64,000 nt of DNA, taken from Eledone cirrhosa. Lineage: Eukaryota. The notes beneath the pieces are model-generated. The model was given only the letters and a program-made list of their open reading frames with translations. It ran no database searches and had not been told where the DNA came from. The number at the start of each line of letters is the position of its first letter. The stretch's first letter is position 1. Positions 47,670 through 61,000 of the stretch are shown here, piece by piece. The stretch is taken from positions 23,436,001 through 23,500,000 of the forward strand of contig OZ024763.1 in the NCBI GenBank assembly GCA_964016885.1, written 5' to 3'. The position numbers and the translations under genes were made by a program.

Positions 47670-48440
47670 AATAATAATAATAATAATAATGTTTTCTTTA
47701 TTAACCACAAGGGTTCACATAAAGTAGACATTAAGGACAGTACAGGACAATACAGGACGGTACAAATGGGCATTTCTGCGTGTAAAAAAACAGAGGTTGA
47801 AATAAAATAACAAAGAAAAATTCCCCAATAGGGGGGAGACTTCCAAGGGACATTTGTGGAGAAAGCCCATTAAAAGACCACAGTGGCCCTGACCACCAGG
47901 GCAAGTGCCCTCTCCCAGTTTTCCACCTTTAATTTACAGACACATACTCAGAGAAGGCCCATTCATTCGGGCCATACTTGCTTCTCTCACCCATCTTTCA
48001 ACAAAATGCTGGGAAGAGAGCACTTCCCTCTCTACCCTGATTTTCCTTTTCAAATGAAATTTGAAAAAGTTAATCAGGGCATCACCGAAGAGGTAAGTGC
48101 TCGTCTTCAGCCCTTTCAAACGTGTCCACCATACTATCTCTTTCGCCATGGCCACCAGACAGATAAAAACTGCCTGCCCTTCCAGGCTAAAGGAAGGGGG
48201 CGGGGCAATCCTCACGATGGACTCAGCTGATAGCTGGATAGGTCCTACACGTGACAGCAATGCTCGGACACTGGACGAGTGCGTGCAGGACGGTTCCGTC
48301 GCCCTGCGCGCATCTCGGACATGCCCGGCTGACGGCACCTCCATGCCTGTAGAGTTTATCCCGAACTGGCAAAGCTCCTCGGTAGCACTACCAGGCCAGG
48401 GATTTCTGGAAGTTGTCCATAGGCCCCGGCCCGAAAGTCC
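47670..48440 (-). mobile_element. L1/Tx1-clade LINE 3' end (ORF2 CCHC zinc finger, C-terminus, 3' UTR, (TTA)n tail)
   Basis: Reverse complement reads DNFQKSLAW*CYRGALPVRDKLYRHG..CPRCAQGDGTVLHALVQCP, then a frameshift into ..AKEIVWWTR..FVERW. The tail is duplicated at 47152-47310. Confidence 0.85.
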
Positions 48441-48508
48441 TATTATTTCTTCATTACGTTTATTGAGTAGTGATGCACGTTTCGCTATTGATCAGCTCAA
48501 GGTTCGAT

Positions 48509-48902
48509 CTGTATGTTTTTTTGTCGTGACACCTACACGACCTCTTTAGTTTGGACTGGATGTTGTGGTACCAACTTTACAGAGAAAGGGTGGTGTTGTT
48601 GGGAGTTGGAGGGTGGAGTAGGGTTAGTGGATTGGGGTGTATATTTGGTTAAGAGGTGCCTACTGACTGTAGGTTTCGCTTTGTACATAGGTCTTCTATA
48701 TTATTGCGTGGCGCCAAAGTTCTTGGTCCAGTGACATTGTCTTAGAGAGGTGCAAGTGTGTAAGGTCGGAATTTATCAAATTGTCCCAGGTTTTTCTGGG
48801 TCTACCTACTCTGTAACTTCCATCAATTTTGATCACCCTGCACTTTTTTATACAGCTGTCGTCTTTCATGTGCATCACGTGACCATACCAGCATAGTCTT
48901 CT
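48509..48902 (-). mobile_element. RTE LINE C-terminus and proximal 3' UTR, same subfamily as 33632-35593
   Basis: RRLCWYGHVMHMKDDSCIKKCRVIKIDGSYRVGRPRKTWDNLINSDLT. Confidence 0.93.
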
Positions 48903-49002
48903 ATATATATATATATATATACAGTAAATGTTGATGCAATTCATTCAAACCCTCTATGTACGTTTCCCATATAGGAATGACAGAGTATATTTAGAATAAG
49001 AA

Positions 49003-52000
49003 ACAATTTGATGGAAGAGGAAAGTGGATTAAGTCTACCCCAGTGTATTAGGCCAGTAGTTTGGTGGAAGGGGAAAGTGGATTAAGTCTACCCCAGTGTA
49101 TTAGGCCAGTAGTTTGGTGGAAGGGGAAAGTGGATTAAGTCTACCCCAGTGTATTAGGCCAGTTGTTTGGTGGAAGGGGAAAGTGGATTAAGTCTACCCC
49201 AGTGTATTAGGCCAGTAGTTTGGTGTAAGGTGAAAGTGGATTAAGTCTACCCCAGTGTATTAGGCCAGTAGTTTGGTGGAAGGGGAAAGTGGATTAAGTC
49301 TACCCCAGTGTATTAGGCCAGTAGTTTGGTGGAAGGTGAAAGTGGATTAAGTCTACCCCAGTGTATTAGGCCAGTAGTTTGGTGGAAGGGGAAAGTGGAT
49401 TAAGTCTACCCCAGTGTATTAGGCCAGTAGTTTGATGGAAGGGGAAAGTGGATTAAGTCTACCCCAGTGTATTAGGCCAGTAGTTTGCTGGAAGAGGAAA
49501 GTGGATTAAGTCTACCCCAGTGTATTAGGCCAGTAGTTTGGTGGAAGGGGAAAGTGGATTAAGTCTACCCCAGTGTATTAGGCCAGTAGTTTGGTGGAAG
49601 AGGAAAGTGGATTAAGTCTACCCCAGTGTATTAGGCCAGTAGTTTGGTGTAAGGGGAAAGTGGATTAAGTCTACCCCAGTGTATTAGGCCAGTAGTTTGA
49701 TGGAAGGGGAAAGTGGATTAAGTCTACCCCAGTGTATTAGGCCAGTAGTTTGGTGGAAGAGGAAAGTGGATTAAGTCTACCCCAGTGTATTAGGCCAGTA
49801 GTTTGGTGGAAGGGGAAAGTGGATTAAGTCTACCCCAGTGTATTAGGCCAGTAGTTTGGTGGAAGAGGAAAGTGGATTAAGTCTACCCCAGTGTATTAGG
49901 CCAGTAGTTTGGTGGAAGGGGAAAGTGGATTAAGTCTACCCCAGTGTATTAGGCCAGTAGTTTGGTGGAAGAGGAAAGTGGATTAAGTCTACCCCAGTGT
50001 ATTAGGCCAGTAGTTTGGTGGAAGGGGAAAGTGGATTAAGTCTACCCCAGTGTATTAGGCCAGTAGTTTGGTGGAAGAGGAAAGTGGATTAAGTCTACCC
50101 CAGTGTATTAGGCCAGTAGTTTGGTGGAAGGGGAAAGTGGATTAAGTCTACCCCAGTGTATTAGGCCAGTAGTTTGGTGGAAGAGGAAAGTGGATTAAGT
50201 CTACCCCAGTGTATTAGGCCAGTAGTTTGGTGGAAGGGGAAAGTGGATTAAGTCTACCCCAGTGTATTAGGCCAGTAGTTTGGTGGAAGAGGAAAGTGGA
50301 TTAAGTCTACCCCAGTGTATTAGGCCAGTAGTTTGGTGGAAGGGGAAAGTGGATTAAGTCTACCCCAGTGTATTAGGCCAGTAGTTTGGTGGAAGAGGAA
50401 AGTGGATTAAGTCTACCCCAGTGTATTAGGCCAGTAGTTTGGTGGAAGGGGAAAGTGGATTAAGTCTACCCCAGTGTATTAGGCCAGTAGTTTGGTGGAA
50501 GAGGAAAGTGGATTAAGTCTACCCCAGTGTATTAGGCCAGTAGTTTGGTGGAAGGGGAAAGTGGATTAAGTCTACCCCAGTGTATTAGGCCAGTAGTTTG
50601 GTGGAAGGGGAAAGTGGATTAAGTCTACCCCAGTGTATTAGGCCAGTAGTTTGGTGGAAGGTGAAAGTGGATTAAGTCTACCCCAGTGTATTAGGCCAGT
50701 AGTTTGATGGAAGAGGAAAGTGGATTAAGTCTACCCCAGTGTATTAGACCAGTAGTTTGGTGGAAGAGGAAAGTGGATTAAGTCTACCCCAGTGTATTAG
50801 GCCAGTAGTTTGATGGAAGAGGAAAGTGGATTAAGTCTACCCCAGTGTATTAGACCAGTAGTTTGGTGGAAGAGGAAAGTGGATTAAGTCTACCCCAGTG
50901 TATTAGGCCAGTAGTTTGGTGGAAGGTGAAAGTGGATTAAGTCTACCCCAGTGTATTAGGCCAGTAGTTTGGTGGAAGGTGAAAGTGGATTAAGTCTACC
51001 CCAGTGTATTAGGCCAGTAGTTTGGTGGAAGAGGAAAGTGGATTAAGTCTACCCCAGTGTATTAGACCAGTAGTTTGGTGGAAGAGGAAAGTGGATTAAG
51101 TCTACCCCAGTGTATTAGGCCAGTAGTTTGGTGGAAGAGGAAAGTGGATTAAGTCTACCCCAGTGTATTAGGCCAGTAGTTTGATGGAAGGGGGAAGTGG
51201 ATTAAGTCTACCCCAGTGTATTAGGCCAGTAGTTTGATGGAAGAGGAAAGTGGATTAAGTCTACTCCAGTGTATTAGACCAGTAGTTTGATGGAAGGTGA
51301 AAGTGGATTAAGTCTACCCCAGTGTATTAGGCCAGTAGTTTGGTGGAAGAGGAAAGTGGATTAAGTCTACCCCAGTGTATTAGACCAGTAGTTTGGTGGA
51401 AGGGAAAAGTGGATTAAGTCTACCCCAGTGTATTAGACCAGTAGTTTGATGGAAGGGGGAAGTGGATTAAGTCTACCCCAGTGTATTAGGCCAGTAGTTT
51501 GATGGAAGAGGAAAGTGGATTAAGTCTACCCCAGTGTATTAGGCCAGTAGTTTGGTGGAAGAGGAAAGTGGATTAAGTCTACCCCAGTGTATTAGGCCAG
51601 TAGTTTGGTGGAAGAGGAAAGTGAATTAAGTCTACCCCAGTGTATTAGACCAGTAGTTTGATGGAAGGGGGAAGTGGATTAAGTCTACCCCAGTGTATTA
51701 GGCCAGTAGTTTGATGGAAGGTGAAAGTGGATTAAGTCTACCCCAGTGTATTAGGCCAGTAGTTTGGTGGAAGAGGAAAGTGGATTAAGTCTACCCCAGT
51801 GTATTAGGCCAGTAGTTTGGTGGAAGAGGAAAGTGGATTAAGTCTACCCCAGTGTATTAGGCCAGTAGTTTGGTGGAAGAGGAAAGTGGATTAAGTCTAC
51901 CCCAGTGTATTAGGCCAGTAGTTTGGTGGAAGAGGAAAGTGGATTAAGTCTACCCCAGTGTATTAGGCCAGTAGTTTGGTGGAAGAGGAAAGTGGATTAA

Positions 52001-55000
52001 GTCTACCCCAGTGTATTAGGCCAGTAGTTTGGTGGAAGAGGAAAGTGGATTAAGTCTACCCCAGTGTATTAGGCCAGTAGTTTGATGGAAGGGGGAAGTG
52101 GATTAAGTCTACCCCAGTGTATTAGGCCAGTAGTTTGATGGAAGAGGAAAGTGGATTAAGTCTACCCCAGTGTATTAGACCAGTAGTTTGATGGAAGGTG
52201 AAAGTGGATTAAGTCTACCCCAGTGTATTAGGCCAGTAGTTTGGTGGAAGAGGAAAGTGGATTAAGTCTACCCCAGTGTATTAGACCAGTAGTTTGGTGG
52301 AAGGGAAAAGTGGATTAAGTCTACCCCAGTGTATTAGACCAGTAGTTTGATGGAAGGGGGAAGTGGATTAAGTCTACCCCAGTGTATTAGGCCAGTAGTT
52401 TGATGGAAGAGGAAAGTGGATTAAGTCTACCCCAGTGTATTAGGCCAGTAGTTTGGTGGAAGAGGAAAGTGGATTAAGTCTACCCCAGTGTATTAGGCCA
52501 GTAGTTTGGTGGAAGAGGAAAGTGAATTAAGTCTACCCCAGTGTATTAGACCAGTAGTTTGATGGAAGGGGGAAGTGGATTAAGTCTACCCCAGTGTATT
52601 AGGCCAGTAGTTTGATGGAAGGTGAAAGTGGATTAAGTCTACCCCAGTGTATTAGGCCAGTAGTTTGGTGGAAGAGGAAAGTGGATTAAGTCTACCCCAG
52701 TGTATTAGGCCAGTAGTTTGGTGGAAGAGGAAAGTGGATTAAGTCTACCCCAGTGTATTAGGCCAGTAGTTTGGTGGAAGAGGAAAGTGGATTAAGTCTA
52801 CCCCAGTGTATTAGGCCAGTAGTTTGGTGGAAGAGGAAAGTGGATTAAGTCTACCCCAGTGTATTAGGCCAGTAGTTTGGTGGAAGAGGAAAGTGGATTA
52901 AGTCTACCCCAGTGTATTAGGCCAGTAGTTTGATGGAAGGTGAAAGTGGATTAAGTCTACCCCAGTGTATTAGGCCAGTAGTTTGATGGAAGGTGAAAGT
53001 GGATTAAGTCTACCCCAGTGAATTAGGCCAGTAGTTTGGTGGAAGAGGAAAGTGGATTAAGTCTACCCCTGTGTATTAGGCCAGTAGTTTGATGGAAGGT
53101 GAAAGTGGATTAAGTCTACCCCAGTGTATTAGGCCAGTAGTTTGGTGGAAGAGGAAAGTGGATTAAGTCTACCCCAGTGTATTAGGCCAGTAGTTTGGTG
53201 GAAGAGGAAAGTGGATTAAGTCTACCCCAGTGTATTAGGCCAGTAGTTTGGTGGAAGAGGAAAGTGGATTAAGTCTACCCCAGTGTATTAGGCCAGTAGT
53301 TTGGTGGAAGAGGAAAGTGGATTAAGTCTACCCCAGTGTATTAGGCCAGTAGTTTGATGGAAGGTGAAAGTGGATTAAGTCTACCCCAGTGTATTAGGCC
53401 AGTAGTTTGATGGAAGGTGAAAGTGGATTAAGTCTACCCCAGTGTATTAGGCCAGTAGTTTGGTGGAAGAGGAAAGTGGATTAAGTCTACCCCAGTGTAT
53501 TAGGCCAGTAGTTTGGTGGAAGAGGAAAGTGGATTAAGTCTACCCCAGTGTATTAGGCCAGTAGTTTGATGGAAGGTGAAAGTGGATTAAGTCTACCCCA
53601 GTGTATTAGGCCAGTAGTTTGGTGGAAGAGGAAAGTGGATTAAGTCTACCCCAGTGTATTAGGCCAGTAGTTTGGTGGAAGAGGAAAGTGGATTAAGTCT
53701 ACCCCAGTGTATTAGGCCAGTAGTTTGATGGAAGGGGAAAGTGGATTAAGTCTACCCCAGTGTATTAGGCCAGTAGTTTGATGGAAGGTGAAAGTGGATT
53801 AAGTCTACCCCAGTGAATTAGGCCAGTAGTTTGGTGGAAGAGGAAAGTGGATTAAGTCTACCCTAGTGAATTAGGCCAGTAGTTTGATGGAAGGTGAAAG
53901 TGGATTAAGTCTACCCCAGTGTATTAGGCCAGTAGTTTGGTGGAAGAGGAAAGTGGATTAAGTCTACCCCAGTGTATTAGGCCAGTAGTTTGGTGGAAGA
54001 GGAAAGTGGATTAAGTCTACCCCAGTGTATTAGGCCAGTAGTTTGGTGGAAGAGGAAAGTGGATTAAGTCTACCCCAGTGTATTAGGCCAGTAGTTTGGT
54101 GGAAGAGGAAAGTGGATTAAGTCTACCCCAGTGTATTAGGCCAGTAGTTTGGTGGAAGAGGAAAGTGGATTAAGTCTACCCCAGTGTATTAGGCCAGTAG
54201 TTTGGTGGAAGAGGAAAGTGGATTAAGTCTACCCCAGTGTATTAGGCCAGTAGTTTGATGGAAGGGGAAAGTGGATTAAGTCTACCCCAGTGTATTAGGC
54301 CAGTAGTTTGATGGAAGGTGAAAGTGGATTAAGTCTACCCCAGTGTATTAGGCCAGTAGTTTGGTGGAAGAGGAAAGTGGATTAAGTCTACCCCAGTGAA
54401 TTAGGCCAGTAGTTTGATGGAAGGTGAAAGTGGATTAAGTCTACCCCAGTGAATTAGGCCAGTAGTTTGGTGGAAGAGGAAAGTGGATTAAGTCTACCCC
54501 AGTGTATTAGGCCAGTAGTTTGGTGGAAGAGGAAAGTGGATTAAGTCTACCCCAGTGTATTAGGCCAGTAGTTTGATGGAAGGGGAAAGTGGATTAAGTC
54601 TACCCCAGTGTATTAGGCCAGTAGTTTGATGGAAGGTGAAAGTGGATTAAGTCTACCCCAGTGTATTAGGCCAGTAGTTTGATGGAAGGTGAAAGTGGAT
54701 TAAGTCTACCCCAGTGCATTAGGCCAGTAGTTTGATGGAAGGTGAAAGTGGATTAAGTCTACCCCAGTGTATTAGGCCAGTAGTTTGATGGAAGGTGAAA
54801 GTGGATTAAGTCTACCCCAGTGAATTAGGCCAGTAGTTTGATGGAAGGGGAAAGTGGATTAAGTCTACCCCAGGGTATTAGGCCAGTAGTTTGATGGAAA
54901 GTGAAAGTGGATTAAGTCTACCCCAGTGAATTAGGCCAGTAGTTTGGTGGCAGAGGAAAGTGGATTAAGTCTACCCCAGTTATTAGGCCAGTAGTTTGAT

Positions 55001-58000
55001 GGAAGGTGAAAGTGAATTAAGTTTACCCCAGTGTATTAGGCCAGTAGTTTGATGGAAGGTGAAAGTGGATTAAGTCTACCCCAGTGTATTAGGCCAGTAG
55101 TTTGATGGAAGGGGAAAGTGGATTAAGTCTACCCCAGTGTATTAGGCCAGTAGTTTGATGGAAGGTGAAAGTGGATTAAGTCTACCCCAGTGAATTAGGC
55201 CAGTAGTTTGGTGGCAGAGGAAAGTGGATTAAGTCTACCCCAGTGTATTAGGCCAGTAGTTTGATGGAAGGTGAAAGTCGATTAAGTCTACCCCAGTGTA
55301 TTAGGCCAGTAGTTTGATGGAAGGTGAAAGTGGATTAAGTCTACCCCAGTGTATTAGGCCAGTAGTTTGATGGAAGGGGAAAGTGGATTAAGTCTACCCC
55401 AGTGTATTAGGCCAGTAGTTTGTTGGAAGGTGAAAGTGGATTAAGTCTACCCCAGTGTATTAGGCCAGTAGTTTGATGGAAGGTGAAAGTGGATTAAGTC
55501 TACCCCAGTGTATTAGGCCAGTAGTTTGATGGAAGGTGAAAGTGGATTAAGTCTACCCCAGTGAATTAGGCCAGTAGTTTGGTGGCAGAGGAAAGTGGAT
55601 TAAGTCTACCCCAGTGTATTAGGCCAGTAGTTTGATGGAAGGTGAAAGTGGATTAAGTCTACCCCAGTGAATTAGGCCAGTAGTTTGATGGAAGGGGAAA
55701 GTGGATTAAGTCTACCCCAGGGTATTAGGCCAGTAGTTTGATGGAAGGTGAAAGTGGATTAAGTCTACCCCAGTGAATTAGGCCAGTAGTTTGGTGGCAG
55801 AGGAAAGTGGATTAAGTCTACCCCAGTGTATTAGGCCAGTAGTTTGATGGAAGGTGAAAGTGGATTAAGTCTACCCCAGTGTATTAGGCCAGTAGTTTGA
55901 TGGAAGGTGAAAGTGGATTAAGTCTACCCCAGTGTATTAGGCCAGTAGTTTGATGGAAGGGGAAAGTGGATTAAGTCTACCCCAGTGTATTAGGCCAGTA
56001 GTTTGATGGAAGGTGAAAGTGGATTAAGTCTACCCCAGTGAATTAGGCCAGTAGTTTGGTGGCAGAGGAAAGTGGATTAAGTCTACCCCAGTGTATTAGG
56101 CCAGTAGTTTGATGGAAGGTGAAAGTGGATTAAGTCTACCCCAGTGTATTAGGCCAGTAGTTTGATGGAAGGTGAAAGTGGATTAAATCTACCCCAGTGT
56201 ATTAGGCCAGTAGTTTGATGGAAGGGGAAAGTGGATTAAGTCTACCCCAGTGTATTAGGCCAGTAGTTTGATGGAAGGCGAAAGTGGATTAAGTCTACCC
56301 CAGTGAATTAGGCCAGTAGTTTGGTGGCAGAGGAAAGTGGATTAAGTCTACCCCAGTGTATTAGGCCAGTAGTTTGATGGAAGGTGAAAGTTGATTAAGT
56401 CTACCCCAGTGTATTAGGCCAGTAGTTTGATGGAAGGTGAAAGTGGATTAAGTCTACCCCAGTGAATTAGGCCAGTAGTTTGGTGGAAGAGGAAAGTGGA
56501 TTAAGTCTACCCCAGTTTATTAGGCCAGTAGTTTGGTGGAAGAGGAAAGTGGATTAAGTCTACCCCAGTGTATTAGGCCAGTAGTTTGGTGGAAGGTGAA
56601 AGTGGATTAAGTCTACCCCAGTGTATTAGGCCAGTAGTTTGATGGAAGGGGAAAGTGGATTAAGTCTACCCCAGTGTATTAGGCCAGTAGTTTGATGGAA
56701 GGTGAAAGTGGATTAAGTCTACCCCAGTGTATTAGGCCAGTAGTTTGGTGGAAGAGGAAAGTGGATTAAGTCTACCCCAGTGAATTAGGCCAGTAGTTTG
56801 ATGGAAGGTGAAAGTGGATTAAGTCTACCCCAGTGAATTAGGCCAGTAGTTTTGTGGAAGGGGAAAGTGGATTAAGTCTACCCCAGTGTATTAGGCCAGT
56901 AGTTTGATGGAAGAGGAAAGTGGATTAAGTCTACCCCAGTGTATTAGGACAGTAGTTTGGTGGAAGAGGAAAGTGGATTAAGTCTACCCCAGTGTATTAG
57001 GCCAGCAGATTGATGGAAGAGGAAAGTGGATTAAGTCTACCCCAGTGTATTAGGACAGTCGTTTGGTGGAAGAGGAAAGTGGATTAAGTCTACCCCAGTG
57101 TATTAGGCCAGTAGTTTGGTGGAAGAGGAAAGTGGATTAAGTCTACCCCAGTGTATTAGGCCAGCAGATTGATGGAAGAGGAAAGTGGATTAAGTCTACC
57201 CCAGTGTATTAGGACAGTAGTTTGGTGGAAGAGGAAAGTGGATTAAGTCTACCCCAGTGTATTAGGCCAGTAGTTTGGTGGAAGAGGAAAGTGGATTAAG
57301 TCTACCCCAGTGTATTAGGCCAGTAGTTTGGTGGAAGAGGAAAGTGGATTAAGTCTACCCCAGTGTATTAGGCCAGTAGTTTGATGGAAGAGGAAAGTGG
57401 ATTAAGTCTACCCCAGTGTATTAGGCCAGTAGTTTGGTGGAAGAGGAAAGTGGATTAAGTCTACCCCAGTGAATTAGGCCAGTAGTTTGGTGGCAGAGGA
57501 AAGTGGATTAAGTCTACCCCAGTGTATTAGGCCAGTAGTTTGATGGAAGGTGAAAGTCGATTAAGTCTACCCCAGTGTATTAGGCCAGTAGTTTGATGGA
57601 AGGTGAAAGTGGATTAAGTCTACCCCAGTGTATTAGGCCAGTAGTTTGATGGAAGGGGAAAGTGGATTAAGTCTACCCCAGTGTATTAGGCCAGTAGTTT
57701 GATGGAAGGTGAAAGTGGATTAAGTCTACCCCAGTGAATTAGGCCAGTAGTTTGGTGGCAGAGGAAAGTGGATTAAGTCTACCCCAGTGTATTAGGCCAG
57801 TAGTTTGATGGAAGGTGAAAGTCGATTAAGTCTACCCCAGTGTATTAGGCCAGTAGTTTGATGGAAGGTGAAAGTGGATTAAGTCTACCCCAGTGTATTA
57901 GGCCAGTAGTTTGATGGAAGGGGAAAGTGGATTAAGTCTACCCCAGTGTATTAGGCCAGTAGTTTGTTGGAAGGTGAAAGTGGATTAAGTCTACCCCAGT

Positions 58001-61000
58001 GTATTAGGCCAGTAGTTTGATGGAAGGTGAAAGTGGATTAAGTCTACCCCAGTGTATTAGGCCAGTAGTTTGATGGAAGGTGAAAGTGGATTAAGTCTAC
58101 CCCAGTGAATTAGGCCAGTAGTTTGGTGGCAGAGGAAAGTGGATTAAGTCTACCCCAGTGTATTAGGCCAGTAGTTTGATGGAAGGTGAAAGTGGATTAA
58201 GTCTACCCCAGTGAATTAGGCCAGTAGTTTGATGGAAGGGGAAAGTGGATTAAGTCTACCCCAGGGTATTAGGCCAGTAGTTTGATGGAAGGTGAAAGTG
58301 GATTAAGTCTACCCCAGTGAATTAGGCCAGTAGTTTGGTGGCAGAGGAAAGTGGATTAAGTCTACCCCAGTGTATTAGGCCAGTAGTTTGATGGAAGGTG
58401 AAAGTGGATTAAGTCTACCCCAGTGTATTAGGCCAGTAGTTTGATGGAAGGTGAAAGTGGATTAAGTCTACCCCAGTGTATTAGGCCAGTAGTTTGATGG
58501 AAGGGGAAAGTGGATTAAGTCTACCCCAGTGTATTAGGCCAGTAGTTTGATGGAAGGTGAAAGTGGATTAAGTCTACCCCAGTGAATTAGGCCAGTAGTT
58601 TGGTGGCAGAGGAAAGTGGATTAAGTCTACCCCAGTGTATTAGGCCAGTAGTTTGATGGAAGGTGAAAGTGGATTAAGTCTACCCCAGTGTATTAGGCCA
58701 GTAGTTTGATGGAAGGTGAAAGTGGATTAAATCTACCCCAGTGTATTAGGCCAGTAGTTTGATGGAAGGGGAAAGTGGATTAAGTCTACCCCAGTGTATT
58801 AGGCCAGTAGTTTGATGGAAGGTGAAAGTGGATTAAGTCTACCCCAGTGAATTAGGCCAGTAGTTTGGTGGCAGAGGAAAGTGGATTAAGTCTACCCCAG
58901 TGTATTAGGCCAGTAGTTTGATGGAAGGTGAAAGTTGATTAAGTCTACCCCAGTGTATTAGGCCAGTAGTTTGATGGAAGGTGAAAGTGGATTAAGTCTA
59001 CCCCAGTGAATTAGGCCAGTAGTTTGGTGGAAGAGGAAAGTGGATTAAGTCTACCCCAGTTTATTAGGCCAGTAGTTTGGTGGAAGAGGAAAGTGGATTA
59101 AGTCTACCCCAGTGTATTAGGCCAGTAGTTTGGTGGAAGGTGAAAGTGGATTAAGTCTACCCCAGTGTATTAGGCCAGTAGTTTGATGGAAGGGGAAAGT
59201 GGATTAAGTCTACCCCAGTGTATTAGGCCAGTAGTTTGATGGAAGGTGAAAGTGGATTAAGTCTACCCCAGTGTATTAGGCCAGTAGTTTGGTGGAAGAG
59301 GAAAGTGGATTAAGTCTACCCCAGTGAATTAGGCCAGTAGTTTGATGGAAGGTGAAAGTGGATTAAGTCTACCCCAGTGAATTAGGCCAGTAGTTTTGTG
59401 GAAGGGGAAAGTGGATTAAGTCTACCCCAGTGTATTAGGCCAGTAGTTTGATGGAAGAGGAAAGTGGATTAAGTCTACCCCAGTGTATTAGGACAGTAGT
59501 TTGGTGGAAGAGGAAAGTGGATTAAGTCTACCCCAGTGTATTAGGCCAGCAGATTGATGGAAGAGGAAAGTGGATTAAGTCTACCCCAGTGTATTAGGAC
59601 AGTCGTTTGGTGGAAGAGGAAAGTGGATTAAGTCTACCCCAGTGTATTAGGCCAGTAGTTTGGTGGAAGAGGAAAGTGGATTAAGTCTACCCCAGTGTAT
59701 TAGGCCAGCAGATTGATGGAAGAGGAAAGTGGATTAAGTCTACCCCAGTGTATTAGGACAGTAGTTTGGTGGAAGAGGAAAGTGGATTAAGTCTACCCCA
59801 GTGTATTAGGCCAGTAGTTTGGTGGAAGAGGAAAGTGGATTAAGTCTACCCCAGTGTATTAGGCCAGTAGTTTGGTGGAAGAGGAAAGTGGATTAAGTCT
59901 ACCCCAGTGTATTAGGCCAGTAGTTTGATGGAAGAGGAAAGTGGATTAAGTCTACCCCAGTGTATTAGGCCAGTAGTTTGGTGGAAGAGGAAAGTGGATT
60001 AAGTCTACCCCAGTGTATTAGGCCAGTAGTTTGGTGGAAGAGGAAAGTGAATTAAGTCTACCCCAGTGTATTAGGCCAGTAGTTTGGTGGAAGAGGAAAG
60101 TGGATTAAGTCTACCCCAGTGTATTAGGCCAGTAGTTTGGTGGAAGAGGAAAGTGGATTAAGTCTACCCCAGTGTATTAGGCCAGTAGTTTGGTGGAAGA
60201 GGAAAGTGGATTAAGACTACCCCAGTGTATTAGGCCAGTAGTTTGGTGAAAGAGGAAAGTGGATTAAGTCTACCCCAGTGTATTAGGCCAGTAGTTTGGT
60301 GGAAGAGGAAAGTGGATTAAGTCTACCCCAGTGTATTAGGCCAGTAGTTTGGTGGAAGAGGAAAGTGGATTAAGTCTACCCCAGTGTATTAGGCCAGTAG
60401 TTTGGTGGAGGAGGAAAGTGGATTAAGTCTACCCCAGTGTATTAGGCCAGTAGTTTGATGGAAGGTGAAAGTGGATTAAGTCTACCCCAGTGTATTAGGC
60501 CAGTAGTTTGGTGGAAGAGGAAAGTGGATTAAGTCTACCCCAGTGTATTAGGCCAGTAGTTTGATGGAAGGTGAAAGTGGATTAAGTCTACCCCAGTGTA
60601 TTAGGCCAGTAGTTTGATGGAAGGTGAAAGTGGATTAAGTCTACCCCAGTGTATTAGGCCAGTAGTTTGATGGAAGGTGAAAGTGGATTAAGTCTACCCC
60701 AGTGTATTAGGCCAGTAGTTTGGTGGAAGAGGAAAGTGGATTAAGTCTACCCCAGTGTATTAGGCCAGTAGTTTGATGGAAGGTGAAAGTGGATTAAGTC
60801 TACCCCAGTGTATTAGGCCAGTAGTTTGGTGGAAGAGGAAAGTGGATTAAGTCTACCCCAGTGTATTAGGCCAGTAGTTTGATGGAAGGTGAAAGTGGAT
60901 TAAGTCTACCCCAGTGTATTAGGCCAGTAGTTTGATGGAAGGTGAAAGTGGATTAAGTCTACCCCAGTGTATTAGGCCAGTAGTTTGGTGGAAGAGGAAA

